A DNA stretch of 64,000 bases, from positions 288,001 to 352,000 of the forward strand of contig OZ255842.1 of NCBI GenBank assembly GCA_965277805.1. Reading direction: 5' to 3'. The position numbers and the translations under genes are program-made. Below are positions 28,742 through 37,547 of the stretch, piece after piece. Below the pieces are notes generated by a model. The model did not search any database. It was not told the DNA's origin and saw only the letters and a list, made by a program, of their open reading frames with translations. How positions within the stretch are numbered: position 1 is the first letter of the stretch; every line of letters begins with the position of its first letter. This DNA comes from Candidatus Lustribacter sp. (lineage in GTDB: Bacteria; Vulcanimicrobiota; Vulcanimicrobiia; Vulcanimicrobiales; Vulcanimicrobiaceae).

Positions 28742-30198
28742 CGGCTCAATACGCGGCGAGCGCCGCGCGCATTCTCGATACCGCGAGTAGCGCCGGCGCT
28801 CAGTACGCGGACGTCCAGTTCTGGACGGTCCGCCAGGAAGACGTCGCGGTCCGCAACGGCGACGTGCGCGACGCCTCCGACGTTTCGTCGGCCGGCTACG
28901 CCGTGCGCGCGCTGGTCGACGGCAGTTGGGGATTCTTCGGCAGCGACCGTTTCGACGGCGCTGCCTTTGACGTCGCGGCTGCGCGTGCGACCGCACTCGC
29001 GAAATCCGGCACGAAGGTTGCCGATCGCATCTTCGGTATTGCGCCGCAAGAGAAGATCGTGGCTCATTACGAGACGCCGATGACGAAGGATCCGGCGAGC
29101 GTCGGCCTTAGCGCGCGAGCCGACATGCTGCTCGCGGCCGAGCATGCCGGGCACGTGGCGAAGAGCGTGATCGCGGGTTTCGCGTTCATGACGATCTGGA
29201 CGACCGCGAAAGAGTTCTACTCGACGACCGGCAGCGCGATCACGCAAGTCTTGCGGCAAGCGGGCGCGGGCTGCGGCGTTTCGGCGCTGGGCCGCGATAA
29301 AGATGTCCAAACGCGCGGCGGTCCGGGCGACTTCGCACTTTTTCAGGGCGGGGGCTACGAGGTCGTCGAGCGCGCGGGCTTACACGCGCTCATGCCGGAG
29401 TACGGTCGCGAAGCGGTGCTGCTCGCAAATGCACCGCCGTTGCCGTCGGGCGTGCGCGATCTGGTGCTGGATAGCGGCGTGCTGAATTTGCAGCTGCACG
29501 AGTCGGTGGGTCATCCGCTCGAGCTCGATCGTTCGCTCGGGTGGGAAGCGAATTTTTCGGGCGTATCGTGGGCCACGCCGGATCAAATCGGCAAACTGCG
29601 CTACGGCAGCGACTTGATGAACGTCTACGCGGACAACGCGCTGCCGCTCGGCATGGCGACGGTCGGCTACGACGACGAAGCGGTGAAGCCGGCGCGTGTG
29701 CCCTTGATCGAGCGCGGCATCTTGCGGGCCTTTCTCACCTCGCGCGACACGGCGGCGCAAACCGGCCTCGTGCAAACGGCGTCGACGCGAGCGCAAGATT
29801 GGTCGTGCGTGCCGATGGTGCGCATCACCAACATCGTGCTCGCCCCGCACGAGGGTACGCTGGCCTCGATCATCGCCGACACCAAGGACGGCGTGTATGT
29901 CGCCGGTATGCGCTCGTGGTCGATCGACGATCACCGGTTGAACTTTCAGTTCGGGCCTCAGATCGGCTACGAGATCAAGAACGGCAAACGCGGCAAAATC
30001 TTCAAGCAACCCACTTACACCGGGGTCACACCGCATTTCTGGAACTCGCTGGACCGCGTGAGCGGTCCCGAGGATTTCGTCGTATGGGGAACGCCGAATT
30101 GCGGCAAGGGTGAGCCCGAGCAGATCGCGCGCACGACACAGGCCTGCAGCGCAGGGCGCTTTCGCGGCGTCACGGTCGGGGTGAAGAGCGATGCGTGA
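28741..30198 (+). CDS. tldD: TldD metalloprotease; start probably at ACG 28741 or 5' end lost
   Basis: HESVGH zinc motif, CGKG; N-terminal AQYADV segment lies upstream of GTG 28864. Confidence 0.85.
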   Translation, partial: TAQYAASAARILDTASSAGAQYADVQFWTVRQEDVAVRNGDVRDASDVSSAGYAVRALVDGSWGFFGSDRFDGAAFDVAAARATALAKSGTKVADRIFGIAPQEKIVAHYETPMTKDPASVGLSARADMLLAAEHAGHVAKSVIAGFAFMTIWTTAKEFYSTTGSAITQVLRQAGAGCGVSALGRDKDVQTRGGPGDFALFQGGGYEVVERAGLHALMPEYGREAVLLANAPPLPSGVRDLVLDSGVLNLQLHESVGHPLELDRSLGWEANFSGVSWATPDQIGKLRYGSDLMNVYADNALPLGMATVGYDDEAVKPARVPLIERGILRAFLTSRDTAAQTGLVQTASTRAQDWSCVPMVRITNIVLAPHEGTLASIIADTKDGVYVAGMRSWSIDDHRLNFQFGPQIGYEIKNGKRGKIFKQPTYTGVTPHFWNSLDRVSGPEDFVVWGTPNCGKGEPEQIARTTQACSAGRFRGVTVGVKSDA

Positions 30199-31522
30199 TC
30201 AGGATCGCGCGCTCTCGCTCGCCGAAACGGTGCTCAAAGCGGCCGCCGCAGCCGACCAGGCGCAGGTGACCGTGGCCATCAGCGATGCGTCCTATGCGCG
30301 ATTCGCGCGCAACTACGTGATCCAAAACCTCGATGCGGTATCGACCCAGATCACGCTGACGTATTACGTCGGAAAGAAGTCGGCGTCGATTTCGACCGAC
30401 GACGCGAGCCCGGCCTCGATCCGGCGCGTCGTCGCCGAAGCGCGCGACATCGCGCATCGCGTGCCGCCGGACAGCGGCTTCGTCTCGCTGCCGAAAGCCG
30501 CGCCGGTCGCGCACCCGGGCCACGGCTACTTCGATGCGACGGCCGGCGCGACGCCGGACGACCGGGTCGAGCAACTGCTGCCGGTGTTCGCGCGGCTGAA
30601 ATCCGCGCAGCTCTCGTCGTCCGGCTTCATGACGACGCAGACGAACACGTCCGCCGTCGCCAACTCGCTCGGCGTGCGCGCCGCGTACACCGGCACGATG
30701 AGCGGATTGCAACTGAAGGCCATCGCGCCCAAAACGAGCGGCTTCGCGACGTTCTACTCGCCCGACTTCGCGCGCATGGATGCCGCCGGCGTGAGCGAGC
30801 GCGCGGCGGCCAAGGCGTCCTTCTCGCTCGAACCGGCCACGTTCGCGCCGGGCAACTACACCGTGCTGCTCGAGCCGAGCGCCTTCGCAGCGGCGCTCAA
30901 AGCGCTCACCGAAGGTATGGGTGCCGACAACGTACTCGAGGACAAGGACTCATGGATGGTCGGTCGGATCGGCAAGCGCGTGTTTTCACCGCACTTCACG
31001 CTGCGCGACGATTGGAGTCATCCGCTGTTCGCGAATCCGCCCTTCAACGTCAACGACGGCGCGGCGACGAAGAAGGTCACGCTGATCGATCGCGGTGTCG
31101 CCGAACACTACGTCACGAGCACCTATAGCGCGAACAAATACCACGTTCCGGGCACCGGTCACGCGAACTTTCCCAATAGTTGTATCGTCGAGCCCGGCCC
31201 CCGTTCGCGCGAAGCGCTTATCGCGTCGATCGAGCGCGGCATCCTGATCACGCGCACGTGGTACGAGCGAGTCGTCGATCCGCGCCGGGCGTCGATCACC
31301 GGCATCACGCGCGACGGCGTCTATCTGATCGAGAACGGCAAGCTGACCAAAACGCTGAAAAATTTCCGTTACTTTGTCTCGATGGTCGACGTGCTCAAAG
31401 ACGTGGAGTTCTCCGACACCCAGGAATTGACCGAACCCGACTCCGACACGAACACGTCCTCGGTGCTGCCGGCGGCGAAGATCGCCAACTACCACCTCGC
31501 CGCCCAAACGTCATTCGCATGA
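30191..31522 (+). CDS. tldE: TldE/PmbA-family partner subunit
   Basis: ARFARN, PGNYTVLLEP.A, ITGITRDGVYLIENG; no HExxH; directly follows tldD. Confidence 0.8.
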   Translation: MRDQDRALSLAETVLKAAAAADQAQVTVAISDASYARFARNYVIQNLDAVSTQITLTYYVGKKSASISTDDASPASIRRVVAEARDIAHRVPPDSGFVSLPKAAPVAHPGHGYFDATAGATPDDRVEQLLPVFARLKSAQLSSSGFMTTQTNTSAVANSLGVRAAYTGTMSGLQLKAIAPKTSGFATFYSPDFARMDAAGVSERAAAKASFSLEPATFAPGNYTVLLEPSAFAAALKALTEGMGADNVLEDKDSWMVGRIGKRVFSPHFTLRDDWSHPLFANPPFNVNDGAATKKVTLIDRGVAEHYVTSTYSANKYHVPGTGHANFPNSCIVEPGPRSREALIASIERGILITRTWYERVVDPRRASITGITRDGVYLIENGKLTKTLKNFRYFVSMVDVLKDVEFSDTQELTEPDSDTNTSSVLPAAKIANYHLAAQTSFA

Positions 31523-31689
31523 AGCGCGCCCTCTTTCTCGTCTCCCTCGCGGCTGCCGCCGTAACGTTCACCACACTTCGCGCCGCGCGCACCCGCAACG
31601 CCCGCCTCTCCCACGGCACACTCGCCGGCCAATGCACCAACCACCACCGCGGACGTTGGTCAAGCTACACCGCCGCGGACTTCAGCTAA
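31519..31689 (+). CDS. Possible 56-aa signal-peptide-like small protein
   Basis: ATGA overlap with the tldE stop; MKRALFLVSLAAAAVTF. Confidence 0.35.
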   Translation: MKRALFLVSLAAAAVTFTTLRAARTRNARLSHGTLAGQCTNHHRGRWSSYTAADFS

Positions 31690-31792
31690 CGAGTTTCATT
31701 GAGTTAGGGATTATTGAAGAACATACGCCTCGGCCCTACGGCCATCGGCTTCGCACGCCAACGTTAACGTCGCGGTCATCGCCCGTCACCGG

Positions 31793-31999
31793 TGTCATCC
31801 TGAGCGGAGCGCCGTAGGGCGCGCAGACGAAGGACGCGCCACGATGGTGCACTGAATGGCAGGGCAATGCTACAAATGTGCAAGATCGCGAATCCGCGGT
31901 GCGGCGCACTCCACGTTACAGGCGTTGCCCTGGCAGAATAATCGAGGTTGTGGCGCGTTCCTCGTCTGCGCGCCCTACGGCGCTTCGCTCGGAATGACA
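31793..31999. repeat. REP/REPIN-like inverted-repeat element, copy 2
   Basis: About 50-bp arms TGTCATCCTGAGCGGAGCGCCGTAGGGCGCGCAGACGAAGGACGCGCCAC / GTGGCGCGTTCCTCGTCTGCGCGCCCTACGGCGCTTCGCTCGGAATGACA. Confidence 0.85.
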
Positions 32000-32010
32000 G
32001 GTTCTAATGT

Positions 32011-33453
32011 CTAGCAGCATGGGGGCCCGATGGCTGTTGATGAGGGCAGGGCGGAGGCGATGCGGTGTTCGGTGCGGGCTTTTAGGTTTTCGAGGTCGCT
32101 GGCGGAGTAGTGTTTGCCGGCGCGGATGACGGCTGAGATTTTGTGCAGGTTTTGGATGCTGGTTATTGGGTTGGCGGAGAGCAGGACGAGGTCGGCGTCT
32201 TTGCCGGCGGCGATGCTGCCCATCGTCGATTCGCGGCCGAGGAATGCGGCCACGTTGGACGTCGTCATCTGTAAGACTTCGAGCGGGGTGAGTCCGGCGG
32301 CTTCGAGTTGATCGAACTCCTGGTGCAGGCCGGGACCCGGAATGCACCACGCCGCGGCGCCGCCGGAATCCGATCCGGCCAGCATTTTTACGCCGGCCGT
32401 TTTGAACGGCCGAACCAGGTTCGCGAGCGCGGCGAACAAGCGCGCCAGCGTTTCGCGCGCCGCCGCCGGCAAGCGCTCCGAAAACTGTTGCGCGATGTCT
32501 TCCCACATCTGCCGCAACGGTAGCGGAACGTAACGCAGGTTGACGTCGCTGCGATAGGCTTGGTCGTCGGCGAGCGCCATCGTGCGCACGCGCGTGAGCG
32601 TCGGACAATGCCAGGTGCTCGTGGCAACAAAGTGGGCGGCCAAATCGTGCATGCGCTCGTCGCTGTAGGTGTCGATCACGCGCGCATAGCGCGTGAACTC
32701 GCTTGGATCGGTGGCCAAGAGCGGGCTGGCGATCGCGCGCATGATCACGTTGACCGGAATCGGTCCTGAAATGCGCGGTCCGGGTGCCGGCTTGTTCAAT
32801 ACTTCATGGCGGAGTGCGCTTTCCTCGGTCGAGCAGCCGAGCAGCACGCTGTCTTTCGGCCCGAGATGTTCGATCGAACGCAGACCGGCTTGCGCTGCTT
32901 TACGCACGTCGACGGTCGGTGGAAGATGCCCGAGGTACGGCAGGTTCAGCCGCGCGCTCTCTTCGAGCGCGGCGAAGAAGACCTCGGGCGTTACGTCGAT
33001 CACCTTGATGAAGTCGACGCCCTGCGCGTGCTGCGCGCGTACTTCGGCGATGGCCATCTCCGCACTGCGCGCATTGGCGCCGGTGAGGATCTCGCCGCAC
33101 ATCTCGAGCAGCTCCGGCGCGTCGGTGGACGGCATCAGGCGGCCTTCGCGGCGCGCTGCGAGCAGTTCCGGCGTACCGGACATCTGCCGGAAGCCGGTGA
33201 TGCCGTTGGCGAGCATCACAGCGAGCCCGTCTTGCGCGTCGGGCGCGTTCAGCGGGTGCGCATGCGCGTCGTTGTAGCCGGGCACTGCAAACGCGCCGAG
33301 CCCGTCGATCACGCCGTCACCGTCGCCGACATTCGCGGCCGGGGTGATCTTGGCGATCGAACCCTTCTCGATGACGATCGCCATGCCGGGGGAACAGCTG
33401 CCGTCGCTGGTGTCGACGATCGTGACGTCCCGCAGGACGAGATCGGTGCTCAT
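32011..33453 (-). CDS. Amidohydrolase family protein (imidazolonepropionase-like), cytoplasmic
   Basis: PGYNDAHAH, FIKV, GHL, SIEH, AGSDS, GKDADLVLL. Confidence 0.9.
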   Translation of the reverse strand: MSTDLVLRDVTIVDTSDGSCSPGMAIVIEKGSIAKITPAANVGDGDGVIDGLGAFAVPGYNDAHAHPLNAPDAQDGLAVMLANGITGFRQMSGTPELLAARREGRLMPSTDAPELLEMCGEILTGANARSAEMAIAEVRAQHAQGVDFIKVIDVTPEVFFAALEESARLNLPYLGHLPPTVDVRKAAQAGLRSIEHLGPKDSVLLGCSTEESALRHEVLNKPAPGPRISGPIPVNVIMRAIASPLLATDPSEFTRYARVIDTYSDERMHDLAAHFVATSTWHCPTLTRVRTMALADDQAYRSDVNLRYVPLPLRQMWEDIAQQFSERLPAAARETLARLFAALANLVRPFKTAGVKMLAGSDSGGAAAWCIPGPGLHQEFDQLEAAGLTPLEVLQMTTSNVAAFLGRESTMGSIAAGKDADLVLLSANPITSIQNLHKISAVIRAGKHYSASDLENLKARTEHRIASALPSSTAIGPPCC

Positions 33454-34643
33454 TTTTCGGTCGGGTCCTCCACTGCCGGGTAGGTGGCGATCGTGGTGTT
33501 CTGGAGTTGGCCGTTCACCTTGTCGACGCGCCGGATGTAGATCGGCTGGATGAGGTCGCGCGTTTGCGGATCGATCTGGATCGGGCCGCGCGCGCTGTCC
33601 AGTTTCATGCCGCGCAGCAAGGTCATCGTTTTGTCCGGATCGATGCCGGCGGGTTGCGCCGCCGCGACTTTATACGCAGCCTGCAGCGTGTCGTAGATCG
33701 CGACCGTATAGAAGTCCGGATACTCGACCGCGGCGTCGGCCGCGTGCATGTCGTGGGTGAGCTTCTTGTTCATCGGCACGTCGAGGGTCGGTGAATAATT
33801 CATCGCGGTGTAGACCCCGAGCGCGCTGTCACCTTCGTCGGGGAAGAACTTCTCGAGCGTGAGATCGCCGGTCGCGAGCAGCTTGATGCCGCTCTTCGCG
33901 CCGCCTGCGCTCTGCCACGACTTGAGGAATTGCCGTCCGGTCACGGTGAGAAAGAGAAATACCGCTTGCGGCTTAGCGTCGCGCACGCGCTGCACGTAGG
34001 CGGACATGTCGGTCACGCCCAGCGGTACGTGCACCTCGCCGTCGATCGTTCCGCCTTTGGCGGTGAACGCGTCGCGAAAGGTCTTCGCCGCATCAAGGCC
34101 CGGGCCGAAGTCCAAGACCACGATGTACGCGTTCTTGATCTTTTGCTTCGACGCCCAGTCAGCCAGGGGATACGTGACTTGGCCTGTCGTGAAGCTGAAG
34201 CGCGCGAAGTACGGGTTCGGCTCGAGAATGCCGTAGCCGCCGGCGTTGATCAGCAGCGTCGGTTTCTTCGATTGCGTCGAGACCGGTCCGACCGCAGCGG
34301 CGTTCGGCGAGAGCGTGAGGCCGAGCAACAGCTCGACCTTGTCGTTGATAATCAGTTCTTGCGCCAAGCGCCGCGAATTCTCGGGCGAGAGACCGCCATC
34401 GTCCTTGCGCACGAGCTCGACTTTGCGTCCGCCGACCGTGTCGCCGTGTTCTTTGAAGAACGCGCTGATCGCCGCTTCGGCCGGTGCGGCTTCGTCGGCG
34501 TACGGACCCGAGAACGTACCGAGAAAGCCGATCTTCAGCGGCGGCAGATCGGCCGTGGCCGTGCGCGACACCGCGAACGTGAAAGACGCGCAAGCGGCGA
34601 GGGTGAGCAGCGCTGCGCGCGCGAGTGCCGGCGGACGGATCAT
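33450..34643 (-). CDS. ABC branched-chain amino acid-type substrate-binding protein
   Basis: Signal peptide; LKIGFLGTFSGPYA, GGRKVELVRKDD, SARGPI. Confidence 0.88.
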   Translation of the reverse strand: MIRPPALARAALLTLAACASFTFAVSRTATADLPPLKIGFLGTFSGPYADEAAPAEAAISAFFKEHGDTVGGRKVELVRKDDGGLSPENSRRLAQELIINDKVELLLGLTLSPNAAAVGPVSTQSKKPTLLINAGGYGILEPNPYFARFSFTTGQVTYPLADWASKQKIKNAYIVVLDFGPGLDAAKTFRDAFTAKGGTIDGEVHVPLGVTDMSAYVQRVRDAKPQAVFLFLTVTGRQFLKSWQSAGGAKSGIKLLATGDLTLEKFFPDEGDSALGVYTAMNYSPTLDVPMNKKLTHDMHAADAAVEYPDFYTVAIYDTLQAAYKVAAAQPAGIDPDKTMTLLRGMKLDSARGPIQIDPQTRDLIQPIYIRRVDKVNGQLQNTTIATYPAVEDPTEK

Positions 34644-34656
34644 GGGGCCTCTTTTT

Positions 34657-36192
34657 TCACGCCATGCAGCAAGCGCATAGCGGCAGTGCGTTGGGTGCCG
34701 AAGCGAGTCCGGCGGCGACGCGGGTGGCAGTTTGTTCTTTCATCGCGGCGAGCGTGTCGCTCGAATAGAACGTGCCGGCGCGCACGACGGCGGAAATGCG
34801 GTGCAGTGCCGCGACGCTCGCGACCGGGTTCGCATCGAGCAGCACGAGATCGGCGTTCTTGCCCTCTGCGACGCTGCCCATCGTGGCTTCGCGACCGAGG
34901 AATTTGGCGCCGTTGAGCGTCGTCATCTGCAGCACGGCGAGCGGTGAAAGCCCGGCTTGCGCGAGCAGATCGAACTCGTGATGCAGGGCGAAGCCGGGAG
35001 TGACGAATCCGCCGCCCGAGTCCGACCCGGCCATCATCTGCGCGCCCGCATCGTGGAACGGTTTCACGAGCGTCGCCTGCAATGCGTAGAGGTTCCGGAG
35101 CGTAGTCCGTGCGCTGGGCGGAATCGTGGCCGCGAACTGGCGCGAGACGTCCTCCCACATGGCGACCGTCGCTTGCGGCACGTAGCGCAGGTTCGGATCG
35201 TTGCGGTAGAGCGGATCGTCGCCGATCTCCATCGTTCGAACGCGAATCAGGGTCGGCACTTGCCACGTTCCGGCGGCGACGAAGTGCGCCGCGAGATCGT
35301 CGCGCCGCGCCGTGCTGAACGTGTCGATCACGCGCTGGAAGCGAACGAAATCGGCCGGATCCGTGCCGACGACCGGGTTCGCAAGCCCGCGCTTGATGTC
35401 GGCTTCGGTAGGTGGCGCAGCCGGCGGCGGCTTGGGCGGCGCTTGCGCCATGATCGCGCGCAGTGCGGCTTCATCGGACGAGCAGCCGAGCAAGATGCTG
35501 TCGCGCGGGCCCATGTGCTCGATCGAAGCCATGCCCGCCGTCACCGCGTCGCGCACGTTGACGCTCGGCGAGAGATGGCCCAGGAAACGCAGGTTCAGCC
35601 GCGTGCTCTCTTTGAGCGCGGCGAAGAACACGTCGGGGCGGGTATCGATGACTTTGATGAAATCGGCCCCGAGCGCTTTTTGTTTCTGCACTTCGGCGAC
35701 GGCGATTTCGGGCGTGCGCGCGTTCGGTCCGGCGAGCGTGGTACTTGCAAGCTGCAGCAGTTCCGGTACGTCGGTCCACGTCATCAGCGTGCCGTTCGCG
35801 CGCGCGACGAGGGTCGCGGGCTGCGAGGCCATCTCACGCCAGCCCGTAATGCCGTTGGCGAGCATCAGCGTGAGGCTGCCCTGGGGATCGCTCGAACTCA
35901 ACGGATGCGCGTGGTAGTCGTTGAAGCCCGGCACGACGAACTTGCCGCGCGCGTTCACGGTACGCGAGTTCGCGGCGGAGATGCTCCCGGCGGGTCCGAT
36001 CTTCACGATCTTTCCGCCGTCGACGAGCAGCGCCATGTTCGGGCTCAGCGTGCCGTCGTGCGTATCGACGATCGTGACGCCGTTGAGGATCAGCCGCTGT
36101 TTCGCAGCGGTCTGCGCACCGGCGCGGCTACCGGCGGCGATCAGGCTGCCGGCAGCGCCGGTGCCGAGGACCAAAGCACGACGACGATTCAT
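34657..36192 (-). CDS. Amidohydrolase family protein with Tat signal (paralog of 32011-33453)
   Basis: MNRRRAL signal; PGFNDYHAH, FIKV, SIEH, AGSDS. Confidence 0.9.
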   Translation of the reverse strand: MNRRRALVLGTGAAGSLIAAGSRAGAQTAAKQRLILNGVTIVDTHDGTLSPNMALLVDGGKIVKIGPAGSISAANSRTVNARGKFVVPGFNDYHAHPLSSSDPQGSLTLMLANGITGWREMASQPATLVARANGTLMTWTDVPELLQLASTTLAGPNARTPEIAVAEVQKQKALGADFIKVIDTRPDVFFAALKESTRLNLRFLGHLSPSVNVRDAVTAGMASIEHMGPRDSILLGCSSDEAALRAIMAQAPPKPPPAAPPTEADIKRGLANPVVGTDPADFVRFQRVIDTFSTARRDDLAAHFVAAGTWQVPTLIRVRTMEIGDDPLYRNDPNLRYVPQATVAMWEDVSRQFAATIPPSARTTLRNLYALQATLVKPFHDAGAQMMAGSDSGGGFVTPGFALHHEFDLLAQAGLSPLAVLQMTTLNGAKFLGREATMGSVAEGKNADLVLLDANPVASVAALHRISAVVRAGTFYSSDTLAAMKEQTATRVAAGLASAPNALPLCACCMA

Positions 36193-36193
36193 G

Positions 36194-36811
36194 TTAGGAA
36201 AACCCCTCGCTCATGTCGCTGCCGGCAAGCCACGCGCTGCCGCGTGCGTAGAGCCGTTCCACGGCCGCTCCCAGTCTGCCGGGCATATCCATGCTCACGG
36301 TCATCCCGGCCTGTGTCTGGAGGTAGGCGAGGTGGCGATAGCCCTCAGGAAAAGCGGCTAGCTTCGTGCGATCGATGGCCGGGAGCCGGCCCGCATCGAC
36401 CGCGTCGGCGCGATCCTTTTCGTAGATGGGCTGGCGGAACACGAGGCCCCAGCGTCCGGAGCGCCGTTCGAGGAAATCGTAGAAGCGGCCGGTGCAAACG
36501 ACGTCGCAGAGAACGCCCTCGAGCAGGCCGCGCTGCGCGATCGTCATTTTGGTCTGCGAGATCGCCCGGTCGCCGGCCAGATCGATGCTCTGGCCGCCGA
36601 GGAAGTGGATGACGTTGAGCCCCTTCGCCTGCGCGGCGCGCGACGCCGCGATGAACTGATCAACCGGTGCCTGCGTCCAGGTTGCGCTCATCCGGCCGTC
36701 GTCGTGCCAGAGCGTGCGAAAACGTTCCCAGTCGCCCGAGTCGCGCCAAATCACCCAGTTTTCTACCAGGTCGCGAATGGCCGCGCGGTCGCAAGCCTCG
36801 CAGGGGCTCGT
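36194..36811 (-). CDS. SnoaL/NTF2-like family protein; start probably ACG 36811
   Basis: DRAAIRDLVENWVIWRD.GDW, HFLGG, GRFYDFLERR, IYEKDR. Confidence 0.8.
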   Translation of the reverse strand, partial: TSPCEACDRAAIRDLVENWVIWRDSGDWERFRTLWHDDGRMSATWTQAPVDQFIAASRAAQAKGLNVIHFLGGQSIDLAGDRAISQTKMTIAQRGLLEGVLCDVVCTGRFYDFLERRSGRWGLVFRQPIYEKDRADAVDAGRLPAIDRTKLAAFPEGYRHLAYLQTQAGMTVSMDMPGRLGAAVERLYARGSAWLAGSDMSEGFS

Positions 36812-36824
36812 GCTGCAGTGTGAT

Positions 36825-36851
36825 GAAATAGTATGGTACTCATACTATTTC
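36825..36851. promoter_or_regulatory. Inverted-repeat operator, probably bound by the adjacent MarR
   Basis: GAAATAGTATG-N5-CATACTATTTC, perfect 11-bp arms. Confidence 0.75.
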
Positions 36852-36886
36852 CATGCGCTTCCCGTCAAGGCACGCGCCTGGTCTGA

Positions 36887-37474
36887 CTAGCGCGTCAACG
36901 CGCGCGCGGTGATCTTTTCGCGCAACGCGATGAGATCGGCGCGCATGCTCTCGTAGCGTTTGGCCCCGAGCAGATCGGCGAAGTCGGCTTCGATGCGTTT
37001 GGCGGCGCGCCGGGTGACGGCCATGAATTCGCGTCCGCGTTTGGAGTAGCTAACGATCTTCGCGCGGCCGTCGGCGGGATCGCGCGTCAGCTCGACCAGG
37101 CCGAGGCGAACGCAATCCTCGACCAGTTGGCCCATCGCGCCTTTCGTGACCCCGGCGCGCGCCGCGAGATCGATGATGCGCGTGCCCTTCGGCACGTCGA
37201 TATGGCGCATCACGTTGAGGTGCACTTGCCGTACGTCCTCGAAGCCGGCGGCGTGGTGCCCGTCGAGCATCCGCGCCTCGAACGCGTGGAAAACGAACAA
37301 CAGCAAACGGCCGAGATTATAGTGGCGCCACGCGAGCATCGCATCGGGATCGAGGCCTTCGAAACGTTCCGGATCGACGCCGCTGCTGATCCGCAGCACG
37401 CGTTTGGTGTCGACCGAACGCGCACTGACGGATCGGTGCCGGGTCGCGGTTGCACCGCTCGCAGTTTTGGCCAT
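36887..37474 (-). CDS. MarR-family transcriptional regulator
   Basis: LAARAGVTKGAMGQLV...GLVELTRDPADGRAKIV. Confidence 0.9.
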   Translation of the reverse strand: MAKTASGATATRHRSVSARSVDTKRVLRISSGVDPERFEGLDPDAMLAWRHYNLGRLLLFVFHAFEARMLDGHHAAGFEDVRQVHLNVMRHIDVPKGTRIIDLAARAGVTKGAMGQLVEDCVRLGLVELTRDPADGRAKIVSYSKRGREFMAVTRRAAKRIEADFADLLGAKRYESMRADLIALREKITARALTR

Positions 37475-37547
37475 GCGCGTTCGTTCGCCAAAACGGCGCA
37501 AGTCCGTCCTTGACGGGACGGCCCAGGTAGTATATGAACTGGACCAT

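Noticed and set aside
31793-31999. Autonomous IS element
   Set aside because: Too short, no transposase ORF and no clear target-site duplication. Kept as REP/REPIN-like.
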